A stretch of DNA of 64,000 nucleotides from contig OZ024741.1 in the NCBI GenBank assembly GCA_964016885.1, positions 79,980,001-80,044,000 on the forward strand. The letters are read 5' to 3'. Each line of letters begins with the position of its first letter. The first letter of the stretch is position 1. Shown here one piece after another: positions 16,660 through 30,460 of the stretch. This stretch comes from Eledone cirrhosa (taxonomy: Eukaryota). The notes below the pieces were generated by a model. The model saw only the letters and a program-made list of their open reading frames with translations. It was not told where the DNA came from and ran no database searches. A program made the position numbers and the translations under genes.

Positions 16660-17170
16660 CAATTTTCTAATACCTACCTTAGAACCCTTGCTGTTCCAAG
16701 CAAGACGATTTCAGAAGCAATTCAGTCCTGATGGTAATTCCTAGCTTCTCAAGCCATTCATCTAACCCCCTACTAACTGCTCCCAGTGTGTCAACCACAA
16801 TTGGTACAACTTCTATGTGTCTGATTCTCTACAGTTTCCTGATTTCTCTCTTCAGCTCCTGGTATTTCTCAACTTTCTCATTTTCCTTCTCATTCACCCT
16901 GTGATCCCATGGTGAAGCAATATCCACAATTCCTGCCTTATTAATCTTCTTTTCTAAGACAACAATATCAGGCTTTCTAGCCACGATAAAATTGTCACAC
17001 TGGATGGTTATGTCCCACAAGATCTTATACTGTTCATTTTCAGCCGCCCTTTCCGGTTCGTGTTCCTACCATTTCTCACTTCTGCCATGTCATACATATG
17101 ACAGAGCTTCCAATCTGGCAATCTTGTCGTACCTTCTCTTGTATTCTTTCGAGGGCAAGCATCTTGCATT
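16660..17170 (-). mobile_element. R4/Dong-like LINE 3' fragment (RLE domain)
   Basis: WDITIQCDNFIVARKPDIVVLEKK..IVDIASPWDHRVNEKENEKVEKYQELKREI (PD-(D/E)xK-type RLE). Confidence 0.85.
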
Positions 17171-18738
17171 CACTAAAAAAGTCGCTGAAAGCTAGATCGA
17201 AGAGGAATGTGTCTGTCTTCAGTTCTTTCAGCCTTGTCCGCCATACAACCTCCTTCGTCATAGCCACCAAACATAAGAAACCTGTATCTTCTTCCCTATC
17301 AAAGGAGGGTGGCTAGGCGATCTTCATGGTGGATCCAGTCGATAGCCAGAACCGTCTTACACACGACTGCAGTCATTCAATAATACTGCATAAGTCAACA
17401 ATACACGGGCATTAACCGAATGCATGCAGAACAGCTTTATCTTTGTACTGTGTCGGGTGGGCTCGTCTGACAGTATTGTCATGCCTGTGGAGTTTAACTT
17501 GAACTGGTAATATCCCCAATAACACTGCCAGGTCAGAGATTTCTGGAAATTATTCATAGCCCATCGGCCAAAAGTCCACTAGAATAGACCTGCCAGTTGT
17601 TTCAACACCCACGATTTACCCGAGAACATCGTCATATTTCCCTGCCATTAATCCTCGATCAATTGCTAATGTGCAACTTCCATCCATCGCATTGCCAGAC
17701 TGGTAGAGGGCTGTGAGCACCTCACAACATTCCAGATGACAGGCGCCTTGCTTTTGTCTTTTCATCACCTATCACTGCGGCTCCGTCAGAATAATGACCT
17801 ACAGAAAAGCGTGACTATCTCAAGGTTTAGCGCATTGTGGGAATGAAACCCCGACATAATCTGGTTTTTAAACGAACTACTTATCTACACATCCATTTAA
17901 AACATATTTGTGTTTAACATGATCGTCGTCAACTCTTCTTCCATATATGAAACCCTTTTTCATATTAATCTCAGAAACGTTGAATTATATGTTATCGGCT
18001 CTGTTCTTCTTCTAAGCAAAACACAAAACAGGAATCCCCAAACATAAGAACAAATTAATTTTATAGGATATTAAAAAATACAATAATTAAATCAATTCTT
18101 CTTTTGTGATCTAATCTACAAGGATTAAAGAAAAATACACATCTCTATATTTTAACCATAGTATGAATGCAACCACAAAAATGAATACATAAATAAATAA
18201 ATGAGTAAATGAGATTTTCTAGGAACAAAAATAATTTTAAAGACTAAACATATCAGTTGTAGATATTTTTTTAATTTTATTTTTGTATATTAGCATTCAT
18301 ACTTAGATTAAAGCACAAGCCGTACGTTCACTCCTAGATAAACCATCGCTAAGAGAAAAAACAACTTGATTTAATTATTTATTTTATTTATTTGCTAAGA
18401 ACATAAACCTGCCTAAGATAACGAATTATTCTTTTTATTGTTATTACCAAAATCAAACGACGTAATCTAAATTACTATAAGTGCAGTTTGTTAAATATTC
18501 CAAGCAAACAAAGAATAAGTATTCTTTAACTTTATTAGAGCATTAACACTCTTCAGAGAAATCAGTTTTCGTATCTGTTAAGATTTGCTTTTATCAAACT
18601 TTGATACAAGCTCCAGGCAATTCCAGCCAGGCACAAAACAGTTTGTTTTCACACAAAGGATTTCATATAAATGAATATTGTGCATTTTGCACACACACAC
18701 ACAACACTCACACATATATATATATATGTATGTGTGTT

Positions 18739-18952
<214 letters not shown>

Positions 18953-19138
18953 CTTCTGACAGGATTTACGATCGGTAGATAGTATTAGCAAATAGAATGA
19001 CTAATGGAAACTTTGTTTCTTCGGTTCGATTTAATTACCTCCGTCCCTCTCGTTACACGAATGAGGTCTGTGATCTTGTCAATCGACTGTTTTATATAAT
19101 AATAGTTAAATGCAGTCCATATATATATATAATGTATT

Positions 19139-19546
19139 TGACTAAAGAAATTAAAGAAATTATTTAGCCCCACTATCAAGCTAAATAATTTCTTTAATTT
19201 CTTTAATCAAAATACGGCGATAGTTTACATTTCTAATAATTTCAAACCCACTCGCTGTTTCGAAAATATTCTTACTTGACATTACAGTCGCTAAGTTTAT
19301 AGCTTCTAATTTGAATGGAAAAAGACGGGTGATGTGTTGGTGTAAATGGTTTCACAGTTGTCCGGATAACCAAAGATGTGGGTTCGACTCCCATGTACGT
19401 CAATACTGATCCTTTTCCATTTCTCCGAGATTTCTTAACACCACTGTCAGGCTAAATAATTTCATTAATTTCTTTAGTCAAAATACGACGATAGCTTACA
19501 TTTCTAATAATTTCAAACCCACTCGCTGTTTGGAAAATATTCTTAC
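19139..19546 (+). repeat. Terminally redundant ~271-bp unit with an internal tRNA-like Pol III promoter and a short inverted 5' end
   Basis: 19170-19276 is repeated at 19441-19546; tRNA-like segment 19331-19402 (TGGTGTAAATGG..GGTTCGACTCC); hairpin 19139-19209. Confidence 0.65.
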
Positions 19547-19598
19547 ATATATATATATAGGAGGAAGTTGTAGTTAACTTGAAGCATTGTGTAATGAG

Positions 19599-19949
19599 GT
19601 ATAAACGTTTGGAGTTGTAAGGCCAAGACAATGCAGGTATGGATATAGAATATAAATGCAAAAGATATTGTTGACAATTAGTCTTTTACCTTAAATTTAT
19701 TTAAATATCCTTAATTTTCGAGATAATATCTCTTCTTCGGAGGGAAGTAAAGTGGTTAATCCAGTGTTCTAATTAGCTTGCCAAGTCATGCTTCCCTCCG
19801 AGGAAGGAAGAGATATTATCTCGAAAATTAAGGATATTTAAATAAATTTAAGGTAAAAGACTAATTGTCAACAATATCTTTTGCATTTGCATTTATATCC
19901 TATATCCATACCTGCATTGTCTTGGCCTTACAACTCCAAACGTTTATAT
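19599..19949. repeat. Fold-back element with a candidate minimal HHR at 19709-19743 (-)
   Basis: Arms 19599-19747 / 19791-19949. Minus strand reads cct-CCGAAGA-a gagata t tatctc-GAAA-AT-TA|agg. Confidence 0.6.
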
Positions 19950-20097
19950 ATATATATATATATATAACAAAGAGGGTGTGGTAAGATACCAAGTAGATCA
20001 TAGCACACCAGAGAACTTGATACTTAGTGTAGTAGAGTGGGTAATATGAAAATAATGTCTTCCTTGTGAAATCTGTTGTCTTGTTTTGCTTAACTAA

Positions 20098-20140
<43 letters not shown>

Positions 20141-20564
20141 GGAAAAAATGAAACGAAATTTCATTTCCCACTCTTAGTACGGCTGTTACTTAAATATAAG
20201 TATGTATACGTACATACATATATGTATACAGACGTACAGTAGTATGTATATATATATACATACATGCAAACATATATATATGCAAGTATGGATTCACCAA
20301 ACATTTATTATAATGCTCGGTGTGTTTGTAAACAAACATCCCGTATATATACTAGTACAGCGTTCCTTTGTCAGTGTTGAACAAACGAGCAACGGTGGTT
20401 GCTAGACACTGCGGCTTTATACGGGATGTTTGTTTACAAACACACCGAGCATTATAATAAATGTTTGGTGAATCCATACGTACATATATATATGTGTGCA
20501 TGTATGTATATATATATACATACTACTGTACGTCTGTATACATATATGTATGTACGTATACATA

Positions 20565-20657
<93 letters not shown>

Positions 20658-20802
20658 TATGGGTAATGTTAATATTATCCAATTACCAGTATGAGAGTAG
20701 CTCGATGTAAAATAACAAATGTATTACAGAGCCGGACTTTATAAATAACAAACATTATGTTATTAAACACTCTTTGATTGTTATCTATAAAGTATTTATA
20801 AA

Positions 20803-20844
<42 letters not shown>

Positions 20845-21320
20845 CATTGAAAAGAAGACCAAAGACTGTTAATTATATTATATTTTAATTAACGCACGTT
20901 TCTTCCACATCATGAAATATATAATTAATTATTAGTTAATCAATTATATGAACAAATGATTGGATTCATCAGAATTAATAAAAAATACAAGAAACATTTT
21001 TACCTCTTCTAGTAATTTTGCATATAACCTTACACCAACTGGTGTTAAAAGTTAGAGAGATTCCTCCCATTGAAATGTTTAAGTATTAGAGACTAAATTA
21101 ACCTTTAATTAATACTAAACTACTCCTTAACTTGTCGAGTTGTACCAGATGCTCTTTTGACCGCTATTTCTAGCGACATTATAAGCCCGTCACATAGTTC
21201 TAATATGTTAGGAGACATTTGATAATATAACACTATGCATGTTTTTATTCTAGCATGCTACCTTGGCTAATGAAATAGTATGTATGATTTCTTGATCAAT
21301 TTTTCTTTTGAAGTATTAAA

Positions 21321-21403
21321 TTCTCCTGAAGAGTATGGTGGATTCTTTAATTATTGGTGGTTCTAATAAGAATTCTACACCATATGAAACCGTAGTAGGG
21401 AGA
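21321..21403 (+). ncRNA. Hammerhead ribozyme (mirror copy 24088-24170, - strand)
   Basis: ttctc-CTGAAGA-gtatggtg...caccatat-GAAA-CCGTAG-TA|gggag. Confidence 0.8.
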
Positions 21404-21559
21404 TATATTTATAAGCGAGTTTAGATAGAATATTGTTTTGGTCTATCTTGTTTGTAATCCCATAAACAGAGTTTTTTCTCCCTTAATTTTAATATATGGT
21501 ATTGTTTCTATGATAGATTTCTCTCATTGAGATGTTTAAGTATTAGAAACCAATTAACC

Positions 21560-21631
<72 letters not shown>

Positions 21632-21800
21632 TACAATAACAGAGATAGTTTAAAGCTAAACTCTGACTGGTAACCATCTCACTCAACAAACATTAGGTTA
21701 TATTAAAATATAAACCCAATTTAAGTGTTTGGGTGCTAACAATATGTATAATGTGGAAAAACCAGTTGTATTATTTTATGAGATATAATTAAAGTTAAAG

Positions 21801-21876
<76 letters not shown>

Positions 21877-22381
21877 ATTAAGTCAAATATATAAAATTTG
21901 GCTTCGTTTATTATAAATTATAGATATACTGCTATATATATTTCGGTGACAGCCATCATTGGCTGTGACCTCTTCAGGCAGTCCGAATTGGTGTGGGAAA
22001 GACAGGTACACATGTTGTTGAAATGTGTTTTACTCCGTCAATACATCGATATGTCCAGCTCCTGGTTGTGTTGTTATTTTTCTGAGGAACTGAAATATAT
22101 AAATAAATAAATATATACACAAGCACAATAACAACAAACACATATAAACACACTAGTAAACAAAGATAGAATACAAAAACCAAAACACATACACTCAAAC
22201 GCGAACACACACACCAAACACTATACACACACGCAAACGCATACGCAGAGACGGAGACAAATATAAATAAATAAATAAATAAAGTAAAAATGGCTTGAAC
22301 ATACAATAAGAATATAATAATAGAACCACTGATGATGTTGCAGATGTGCAACGAAAGAACTTTATTAGAACTTTATTAGAC

Positions 22382-22472
<91 letters not shown>

Positions 22473-22959
22473 CTGTATTTTTAACCGTTGGCCAGTCAAT
22501 GATAAACATTGATTGACAAATAAATTAACTATGGAGATATAAAAGATACAGAAGTGAAAACCAACCAAAGAGTGAGTGTGTTCTGTTATTATTTCTGGCA
22601 ATATTATTACAACAATATGTCCCTCCCCAAGTATAACAATATATATATATATATATGAAAAGATTCAGGACCCCGACGGGTGAGCTCCGGCCGTTTCGAG
22701 AGCTAGATCCAAACAGTTCGGATCTAGTTGTCGAAACGGCCGGAGCTCACCCGTCGGGGTCCTGAATCTTTTCATATATATATATATATATATTTTTATA
22801 CTTGGGGAGGGTCATATTGTTGTAATAATATTGCCAGAAATAATAACAGAACACACTCACTCTTTGGTTGGTTTTCACTTCTGTATCTTTTATATCTCCA
22901 TAGTTAATTTATTTGTCAATCAATGTTTATCATTGACTGACCAACGGTTAAAAATACAG

Positions 22960-23100
<141 letters not shown>

Positions 23101-23540
23101 GTCTAATAAAGTTCTAATAAAGTTCTTTCGTTGCACATCTGCAACATCATCAGTGGTTCTATTATTATATTCTTATTGTATGTTCAAGCCATTTTTGTAT
23201 TATACTCTTATTGTATTGTAATGTTCAAGCCATTTTTACTTTATTTATTTATTTATTTATATTTGTCTCCGTCTCTGCGTATGCGTTTGCGTGTGTGTAT
23301 AGTGTTTGGTGTGTGTGTTCGCGTTTGAGTGTATGTGTTTTGGTTTTTGTATTCTTTCTTTGTTTACTAGTGTGTTTATATGTGTTTGTTGTTATTGTGC
23401 TTGTGTATATATTTATTTATTTATATATTTCAGTTCCTCAGAAAAATAACAACACAACCAGGAGCTGGACATATCGATGTATTGACGGAGTAAAACACAT
23501 TTCAACAACATGTGTACCTGTCTTTCCCACACCAATTCGG

Positions 23541-23595
23541 ACTGCCTGAAGAGGTCACAGCCAATGATGGCTGTCACCGAAATATATATAGCAGT
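23541..23595 (+). ncRNA. Hammerhead ribozyme (mirror copy 21928-21982, - strand)
   Basis: actgc-CTGAAGA-ggtcacagcca atga tggctgtcacc-GAAA-TATATA-TA|gcagt; AATAAA at 23611. Confidence 0.85.
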
Positions 23596-23646
23596 ATATC
23601 TATAATTTATAATAAACGAAGCCAAATTTTATATATTTGACTTAAT

Positions 23647-23702
<56 letters not shown>

Positions 23703-23871
23703 CTTTAACTTTAATTATATCTCATAAAATAATACAACTGGCTTTTCCACATTATACATATTGTTAGCACCCAAACACTTAAATTGGGTTTATATTTTAA
23801 TATAACCTAATGTTTGTTGAGTGAGATGGTTACCAGTCAGAGTTTAGCTTTAAACTATCTCTGTTATTGTA

Positions 23872-23931
<60 letters not shown>

Positions 23932-24512
23932 GGTTAATTGGTTTCTAATACTTAAACATCTCAATGAGAGAAATCTATCATAGAAACAATACCATATATT
24001 AAAATTAAGGGAGAAAAAACTCTGTTTATGGGATTACAAACAAGATAGACCAAAACAATATTCTATCTAAACTCGCTTATAAATATATCTCCCTACTACG
24101 GTTTCATATGGTGTAGAATTCTTATTAGAACCACCAATAATTAAAGAATCCACCATACTCTTCAGGAGAATTTAATACTTCAAAAGAAAAATTGATCAAG
24201 AAATCATACATACTATTTCATTAGCCAAGGTAGCATGCTAGAATAAAAACATGCATAGTGTTATATTATCAAATGTCTCCTAACATATTAGAACTATGTG
24301 ACGGGCTTATAATGTCGCTAGAAATAGCGGTCAAAAGAGTATCTGGTACAACTCGACAAGTTAAGGAGCAGTTTAGTATTAATTAAAGGTTAATTTAGTC
24401 TCTAATACTTAAACATTTCAATGGGAGGAATCTCTCTAACTTTTAACACCAGTTGGTGTAAGGTTGTATGCAAAATTACTAGAAGAGGTAAAAATGTTTC
24501 TTGTATTTTTTA

Positions 24513-24606
24513 TTAATTCTGATGAATCCAATCATTTGTTCATATAATTGATTAACTAATAATTAATTATATATTTCATGATGTGGAAGAAACGTGCGTT
24601 AATTAA
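24513..24606 (+). ncRNA. Hammerhead ribozyme with long AU-rich stem II (mirror copy 20885-20978, - strand)
   Basis: ttaatt-CTGATGA-atcca...tgga a-GAAA-CGTGCG-TT|aattaa. Confidence 0.75.
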
Positions 24607-24815
24607 AATATAATATAATTAACAGTCTTTGGTCTTCTTTTCAATGTTATATATATATATATATATATACTTTATAAATACTTTATAGATAACAATCAAA
24701 GAGTGTTTAATAACATAATGTTTGTTATTTATAAAGTCCGGCTCTGTAATACATTTGTTATTTTACATCGAGCTACTCTCATACTGGTAATTGGATAATA
24801 TTAATATTACCCATA

Positions 24816-24884
<69 letters not shown>

Positions 24885-25307
24885 TATGTATACGTACATA
24901 CATATATGTATACAGACGTACAGTAGTATGTATATATATATACATACATGCACACATATATATATGTACGTATGGATTCACCAAACATTTATTATAATGC
25001 TCGGTGTGTTTGTAAACAAACATCCCGTATAAAGCCGCAGTGTCTAGCAACCACCGTTGCTCGTTTGTTCAACACTGACAAAGGAACGCTGTACTAGTAT
25101 ATATACGGGATGTTTGTTTACAAACACACCGAGCATTATAATAAATGTTTGGTGAATCCATACTTGCATATATATATGTTTGCATGTATGTATATATATT
25201 ACATACTACTGTACGTCTGTATACATATATGTATGTACGTATACATACTTATATTTAAGTAACAGCCGTACTAAGAGTGGGAAATGAAATTTCGTTTCAT
25301 TTTTTCC

Positions 25308-25349
<42 letters not shown>

Positions 25350-25352
<3 letters not shown>

Positions 25353-25646
25353 TATATTCATTAGTTAAGCAAAACAAGACAACAGATTTCACAAGGAAGA
25401 CATTATTAAAAGATTATCAACATATTTTAGTTTGATGTAAGGAATGTAGAGAATAATAATAATAATATTAATAATAATAATGTCCGTAATGGAGTAGCGA
25501 AACAATTGTAAACGGACATTATTATTATTAATATTATTATTATTATTCTCTACATTCCTTACATCAAACTAAAATATGTTGACAATCTTTTAATAATGTC
25601 TTCCTTGTGAAATATGTGGTCTTGTTTTGCTTAACTAATGAATATT
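25350..25646. repeat. Fold-back element containing the 3' half of an HHR (GAAA-CAATTG-TA at 25499-25510)
   Basis: Arms ~25353-25487 / 25512-25646. Confidence 0.75.
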
Positions 25647-25849
25647 TGCAGCTCTGTGCACCTAACCTCTGCATGAACCCAACCACCTAGCTGCATTCCA
25701 CTGCATATTGCACATTGAGCACATGCCTTTTCGCTTTGGCTTCTAACTAATTCACCAATCTCGCCTCTCCTATCTCCTCTCCTATCTCCATCTCTCTCTT
25801 TAAGATTGGTTACTCTTGAACTGTATATATATATATATATATATATGTA

Positions 25850-27452
25850 TATAAGATCAATAGATGGTTAAAAGAGTTCCATGTATTTTATTATGCGCAT
25901 TTCAAAAACAAATATCATCTTGGGATGATATTTGCGTTCTCATCAGATAAAATAGGGAGACATGATTAAAAAACACTTGCGAGCAGTGAAGTGTTAAATC
26001 AACATATGAAAAATAAAGTAAGATGGATATATGAGATTGGGAAAAAAGGAGGAGGGGGGAAGGAAAAGGTAAGAAAGAGGAAGAAAGAAAATAAATGATG
26101 ACGGAGGAGGAGTATAAGAAGGAAGGATAAGAGAGGGGAAGAAATGAGTGAGAGAGGGAGAGAGATAGCCTTTAATACTGAGAAACACTGTCTCACAGAG
26201 AAAATTTAAAAAAAACGTTGTAAGACAAAAATATTTTGAAATTAAAATTTAATGAGGTTTATGAATGGTGATGTTTATGATTAAAGAAAAAGGAATTAAG
26301 AATAGTATTTATTTAAGGTTTATATATTGAAGGGTTTAATAATATGTGCGAAAAGGAATTTATTAATATGTATTATTAAAATTAAAATATTAAGGATATA
26401 AGGTGAATGAAGAAGAAATTATGAACTTAGAGGACTTAGTTAGGGTTTAAGTTTGTTTTTATGTATTGTAATATGAAAAAGTAAATAATAGGTTTAATAC
26501 GAGCACAGAAGGAGAGAAGAAAGAAAAAAATTTAAGGAAGAAAAAATATAACGTCAAAAAATATATATGTTTACAAAATTTACTAATGGTAATATTAGTA
26601 TATATTAAAAATATAGTTTGTATGGCCAAGAATATAAGGAAAATGCTATAGTGAATTAACAAGTAATTGAGAGGTAAAAGTTACAGATTAAAGATTAGAA
26701 GTTAAAAAAGAAAAAAAGGAAGAAAGTAAAAAGGATAAAAAAAGAAGAAAAATAGGGGACCGCTAACGACACAGAATGAGTAAATTGTATAATATAATAT
26801 ACTGAAATAAGGTAGAAAGATGGGTATATTTGTAAAATATATAAAAGCGTTTGACAAAAAGATTTTAAACTAATTAGGTATTGAGATATTAGCTGTATAC
26901 TTTATGGAAAGTTCTATGGGATTTATGCAAGCAGAGTGAAAATAAATCCGCACCTCTATTTATTATAGAATTAAAATTAGAGATAATGGTAAATTTCTCG
27001 GCTAGGCAGAGATTACATGTTCTGTAAAGGGAAGAATTCCGGTAAGGAGAGGCGTTGCAAACCTTCCTCCAAGAGATGTTGTAGTTAATATTTTTGTCTT
27101 TTAAGGACCATATGAGTTCTGAGAGTGCCGTATTAGTTCTTTTAAGTTGGTATTTAAAAGACGAATTGTGATTATAAAATCTTGCTTTAAAGGAAGTGGA
27201 AGTGGAACCAAAATAGGTAAAAGAATTAGTACCAGTTATAACGTTACATTCATACACTAAATTTTTATCAAGACATTGGTTATTAAGAGGACATTTAGTT
27301 CTAACATGGCAATTACAATTACGATTAGAGAAATTACCAGAGTTATTAACAAGTGACCTAGTATTATTTATAGAAGGAATTGGATTGGAGAAGTTATTTA
27401 CGATAGGTACTATAGTTTCCTGATTTAGATTCGTGTTATTAACATTCGACAA
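25850..27452 (-). mobile_element. 5'-truncated PLE (GIY-YIG end, long 3' UTR, HHR-bearing pseudo-LTR)
   Basis: ORF 26889-27452: CNCHVRTKCPLNNQCLDKNLVYEC..TYFGST..FKARFYNH..CNLCLAEK..CLHK. Confidence 0.9.
25886..25952 (-). ncRNA. Hammerhead ribozyme
   Basis: ttttat-CTGATGA-gaacgcaaatatcatc ccaa gatgatatttgttttt-GAAA-TGCGCA-TA|ataaaa. Confidence 0.85.
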
Positions 27453-27967
27453 AGTTAGTGCATGACTGGTACTTTATTTTATCGATCCCGTAAGGATGAA
27501 AGGCAAAGTTAACCTCGGATGGATTCGAACTTTGCCTTTCATTCTTACGGGGTCATTGAATAAATAATTGTTTCTACCTTTGGCACAAGGCCAGCAATTA
27601 TCCCAGTGCATTACTGGTACTTTATTTTATCGACCCCGTAAGGATGAAAGGCCAAGTGAACCTCAGCGCGATTTGAACTCAGTCCGTAAAGGGACGTAAC
27701 TGTGCTGAAAAGCATGGCGTCTGACCCTCTACCGATACTGCCAATCCAACGCCAGAATGTGAACCTGAAGATTGCGAAAGCATGAAAGTACTTGTTCAAT
27801 TAACACTTAACATTTAATATTCTACCATACTATTTCATTCTAATACCATTATAATTTTAAAGGATTGTAAATAAAACGAGTAAATCAGACAAAGTTGGAA
27901 TTCCTTTTATTAATATAATCTTCTATACACAATCATACACACCCGTGTATATTTATTTTTATATATA

Positions 27968-28031
<64 letters not shown>

Positions 28032-28397
28032 CATAGGGTCGGCCATCTCGTATCGAAAAACTTGGAAATTGCTTGTTTTGCATATTGCTATTTGATGAAC
28101 TCAAGCCGTTAGATGGGTGAAATCAAACAACCTAATCGCCGATCCCAGCGAAATATATATAACAGCTAATTAAACAAATTTATACAAGACTTCATATGAC
28201 CTTTGCTACATTTACTGATCTGTTTGCTCCGACCTGTACTACCAAAATGAACGTGAATTAGTGCAGATCGTTGAGCGCTTTATTCTATTTGCATCACAGT
28301 TGATTGATCGGGTGTGAATTGCACAACTCTAGTTGATTAACTCCATATAAATATGTGCGTGTGTGTGTGTGTGTGTTTGTATATATATATATATATA

Positions 28398-29350
28398 TCA
28401 TCATCACCGCTTTACATCCGTTCTTCCACGCTGGCATAGGTTAGATGGGTTGTCCTGTTGTGGGCAGTGCCCGGTCGGCTGACCTTGTCTTGCTCATACG
28501 GGAACTGATTCTGGCTTCATTTCCACAGCTGGATGCCCTTCCTAACCCCAACCTCATTTACAGTGAGCGCTGTGTGTTTTTTTCCGTGGCGCCTACACAA
28601 CCACTTTACAGTGTGGACTGGGTGCTTTTTTGCCGTGGCACCTCCACGACCACTTTGCAGTGGGAGGGGATGTGGGCATATTGTCTATATGCTTCAGCTT
28701 CGGCTTGTACCCGTGGGAAGTCGGGTCTTCTGTATTACTGCATGACGCCAGAGGTCACGGTCGTGTGTCATCGCTTTTGAGAGGTGCAATTAGGTAAGGT
28801 CGGTTTTTATCACCTCATCCCAGGTCTTCTTGGGTCTCCCCACACTAGTGCTCTGCACCTTTTTAAGCAGCTGTCATCCTTCATACGCATCACATGTCCA
28901 TACCAACGCAACCTCCTCTCCTGCACACATCATTTGATTCCTCTTATGCTCAGTCTCTCTCTCAATTCGTTTATGCTTTGCCGTTCGCGTATATTACTAT
29001 TACACATCCATCGGAGCATGCAGGCTTCGTTTCTTTCTAATCTACGCAAGTCTTCTACAGACAGCGCCAAGGTCTCACTACCATGTAACATTTCTGTTCG
29101 TATACACGCATCATACAGTCTGCCTTCCATATTGAGGGGAAAACCTTTTGCAGCTAGCAATGGTAGTAGCTCCCTGAACTTCTTCAATCCGTTCTTACCC
29201 TAGTTATTGTACTTTCCGAACACCCACCTCCGCTGCTAATTCGGTCACCTAGGTAGCAGAGTTTGGTGGTGCTTGTTTCATGTGGCCGTTTGCTGCTTGC
29301 TGTCCCAGCGCAGGTTCTACTTGTGAAGCCTACATTCTTAGTTAAGCTTC
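28398..29350 (-). mobile_element. RTE-clade LINE 3' fragment with (GAT)n tail
   Basis: CYLGD..KFRELLPLL..GRLYDACIRTEMLHGSET..LRRLERNEACMLRWMC; short CAT-repeat tail at 28398. Confidence 0.85.
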
Positions 29351-29359
29351 CTGAGATCG

Positions 29360-29875
29360 CGTCAGGACGGTCCCTCCCACCGCTTGCGACTGCTGGACTA
29401 GAAGACAGGCGAGAATATATACTTTTCTCATCTGTGTAAATCTCATTTGCATATGAAGCTGCATAAGTTGGCTCAACTTATAATAAAAAAAGAAATAGCA
29501 TTTCGCTTCAAGTATAGCTTGAAATCCTATTTCTTTTTTATTATAAGTTGAGCCAACTTATGCAGCTTCATATGCAAATGAGATTAATCACCTCATTTAC
29601 ACAGACGAGAAAAGTATATATTCTCGCCTGTCTTCTAGTCCAGTAGTCGCAAGCGGTGTGAGGGACCATCCTGACGAAGGCTAGTTAAGCCTGAAATGCA
29701 TAGACGGTTGTCCCCCTTGCTTCTGCTGGACATCACCAGAGGGCGTTAGCCCCCCCCCCCCCCTCCCCCCGGTGTTTGCATAGCTACGGCCTCCTAAAAC
29801 CGCATTTCTTTGGAGGTACGAAATATTTATACATATTGTATAAAGCTATGCTTGACGCGAAATCCTATTTCTTAT
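29360..29875 (+). mobile_element. ORF-less HHR unit (~338-bp terminal redundancy) with an inverted 5' arm
   Basis: gaaatcctatttctt occurs at 29521 and 29859; 29361-29498 is the reverse complement of ~29527-29676. Confidence 0.7.
29665..29708 (+). ncRNA. Hammerhead ribozyme
   Basis: accatc-CTGACGA-aggct agtta agcct-GAAA-TGCA-TA|gacggt (the other arm has accgtc, which restores perfect stem I). Confidence 0.85.
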
Positions 29876-30124
29876 ATATATATATATATATTTCTTAAGG
29901 TTTGTTGGTTCACCACTGGATAGAGCTCGTCATTCCGTATGGTCAATCCGGGTGTAATATTGTGAAGAGTACTCAACGCAGTGCAGTTCACCCATCTTCG
30001 TTTGTGTAGTTGGCGGCTTTGAGGGCGGCTGGCTGTGAAGCTAGTTGGTTAGCCGCCCTCTCTGTCTCTGGTTTCCCGGACCCATGGTTTTTCGGACCCA
30101 TGGCTTTTTACATATTCCTTTACA

Positions 30125-30184
30125 TATACCTGATGATATCACCGGATTCATATGGAACCCGGTCATTGAAATGACCATAGTATA
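30125..30184 (+). ncRNA. Hammerhead ribozyme
   Basis: tatac-CTGATGA-tatcaccgg..ccggtcatt-GAAA-TGACCA-TA|gtata, then AATAAA. Confidence 0.75.
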
Positions 30185-30290
30185 ATAAACCTTTCAAGGA
30201 TTTACACCAGTCCAGCCTCCTGTTATTTCATTTATATTTAAAACTGAACTATCCACAAGTGTTTTTTAACCTTCATATCATGTCCTCCTG

Positions 30291-30357
30291 TTTTATCTGA
30301 TGAAAACACAAATATTATTGCATGATGATATTTGTTTTTGAAATGCGCATAATAAAA
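30291..30357 (+). ncRNA. Hammerhead ribozyme (solo pseudo-LTR related to 25886-25952)
   Basis: ttttat-CTGATGA-aaacacaaatatt..gatatttgttttt-GAAA-TGCGCA-TA|ataaaa. Confidence 0.85.
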
Positions 30358-30387
30358 TACATGGAACTCTTTTAACCATCTTTTGTT

Positions 30388-30460
<73 letters not shown>

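Noticed and set aside
19331-19402. Functional tRNA gene
   Set aside because: The anticodon stem does not pair and the segment lies in a repeat unit; treated as tRNA-derived.
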